Below are positions 62,901 to 64,000 of a DNA stretch of 64,000 nucleotides, one piece after another. The translations under genes and the position numbers were made by a program. The notes below the pieces were generated by a model. That model searched no databases, was not told the origin of the DNA, and worked only from the letters and a program-made list of their open reading frames with translations. Positions within the stretch are counted from its first letter, which is position 1; the number at the start of each line of letters is the position of its first letter. The stretch comes from Sporopachydermia quercuum (lineage: Eukaryota): positions 1,364,001-1,428,000 of the forward strand of contig BCGN01000001.1 of the NCBI GenBank assembly GCA_001599295.1. Reading direction: 5' to 3'.

Positions 62901-64000
62901 GAAATTCATCACAACCTACGCAATCGAGAGAATAATAAATTTTAGTCCAATACTATGAATTGAATGTTTCGTTATTAAGCTCCAAATCATTATCTGTTTA
63001 GAATATCAAAAATTCTATCGATAGTGTTTTATTTTTTACTTTCAGGTGTTTTTTTGAACTAGCAATCAATCAACTTGACAGCACCTCCTACCATATCTTG
63101 CTATTAATTAATATTGACGTTTAATAGTACATAATTTAGTTAATAATCAGATACTTTACCGACGAGCTGCTAAGATGTGACAATAGTATAAACGACAATT
63201 TTGATTACTTTACTTCATTCAGGAAGTATTTCAAAGTTTATTCACATTTCCATTCAACGTATGTGAACCCGCAGCCATAAGCTTCCTTCATAAGTTTGAA
63301 ATTTTGCATTTAGCTACCATCAATATGGTTTAAGGTTAAACCATTATTACTATATTTAAAAAAATTTGGTTAAGTTTAACTATTGATTACCCTTTTGATG
63401 TTTACTGAATTAATCTATTTTAAGTTGCGATAAATAACCATTCGGTAATAATATCAACCAAGTAGGAGCAAAAATTGGAACTGGGTTTAACCCTCAAACC
63501 TAAAACGGATCAATTTTTTTTGACTGAATGAATTAAGAAAAAAGGGATGTTCAAGGTTTTCACTGTTACATCTATTTCCGCTCAATTTTAGTGATTCAAC
63601 TGAAAGCCACAGACCGCCGTTTGATCTTGAAATTGTTATATGATTCCCTTTTCAAAAGTTTTATCGTAGGGCATGGCATTGACTTCGAGAGTTATAGAAA
63701 ATTTTTTAATCAATACCACACAAACATTCCATCATTAGGTAAGATCAATTTTTTTAGGGAGTGAGAGAGGCAAAAGTTTCCGCATCCTAAAATCACTGCA
63801 GAAGATGAAAAATCCTCGATAAGACAGTTGAACATCAATAGAAAGAATGATTCAATGATTACGTAATAAACAAACCATACATTCACCTTATGAACCGCGT
63901 TTTACTGAAAAGTCTCTTTGAAATCCAAGCTCTCGCGTTTCCGTGTTTTCTGAAACCATTTCCATTGGTAGTGGAGGAAATAATATATCAAATAACGGTC

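Noticed and set aside
1..64000. tRNA, rRNA, snRNA, LTR/transposon or CRISPR features
   Set aside because: No A/B-box cloverleaf, spliceosomal snRNA signature, RT/transposase ORF or repeat-spacer array recognised by eye. A computational scan could still find weak cases.

Overview
AT-rich nuclear DNA from a budding yeast (Saccharomycotina-like: GTATGT-type donors, TACTAAC-type branch points; CTG reads as Leu at conserved tubulin positions). It is unusually intron-rich: I reconstructed 20 phase-consistent or consensus introns over about 21 genes. Genes, mostly housekeeping: CENP-O/Mcm21 (partial), FIT/Scs3, Cys2-type serine O-succinyltransferase, uS15m, a very divergent beta-tubulin, pyruvate carboxylase, Vph1, Mam3, Gda1, a Dur31-type transporter, MIOX, a GH17 glucanase, eL37, Cds1, two poorly characterised membrane proteins, a TFIIIC subunit, Ncr1, an Aep3-like PPR protein, Rpb12 and a Pcl cyclin. 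Four features are invisible to the ORF track. (1) Beta-tubulin needs a single-nucleotide exon (G6963), so its Gly13 codon is assembled from three exons. (2) Pyruvate carboxylase has 21-nt and 8-nt microexons. (3) Intron 2 of the Dur31-type transporter holds a TPP riboswitch. (4) An snR40-like C/D snoRNA sits in the intron of an apparently non-coding host transcript. I recognised no tRNA, rRNA, transposon or CRISPR. Family assignments come from motif recognition only; no searches were run.
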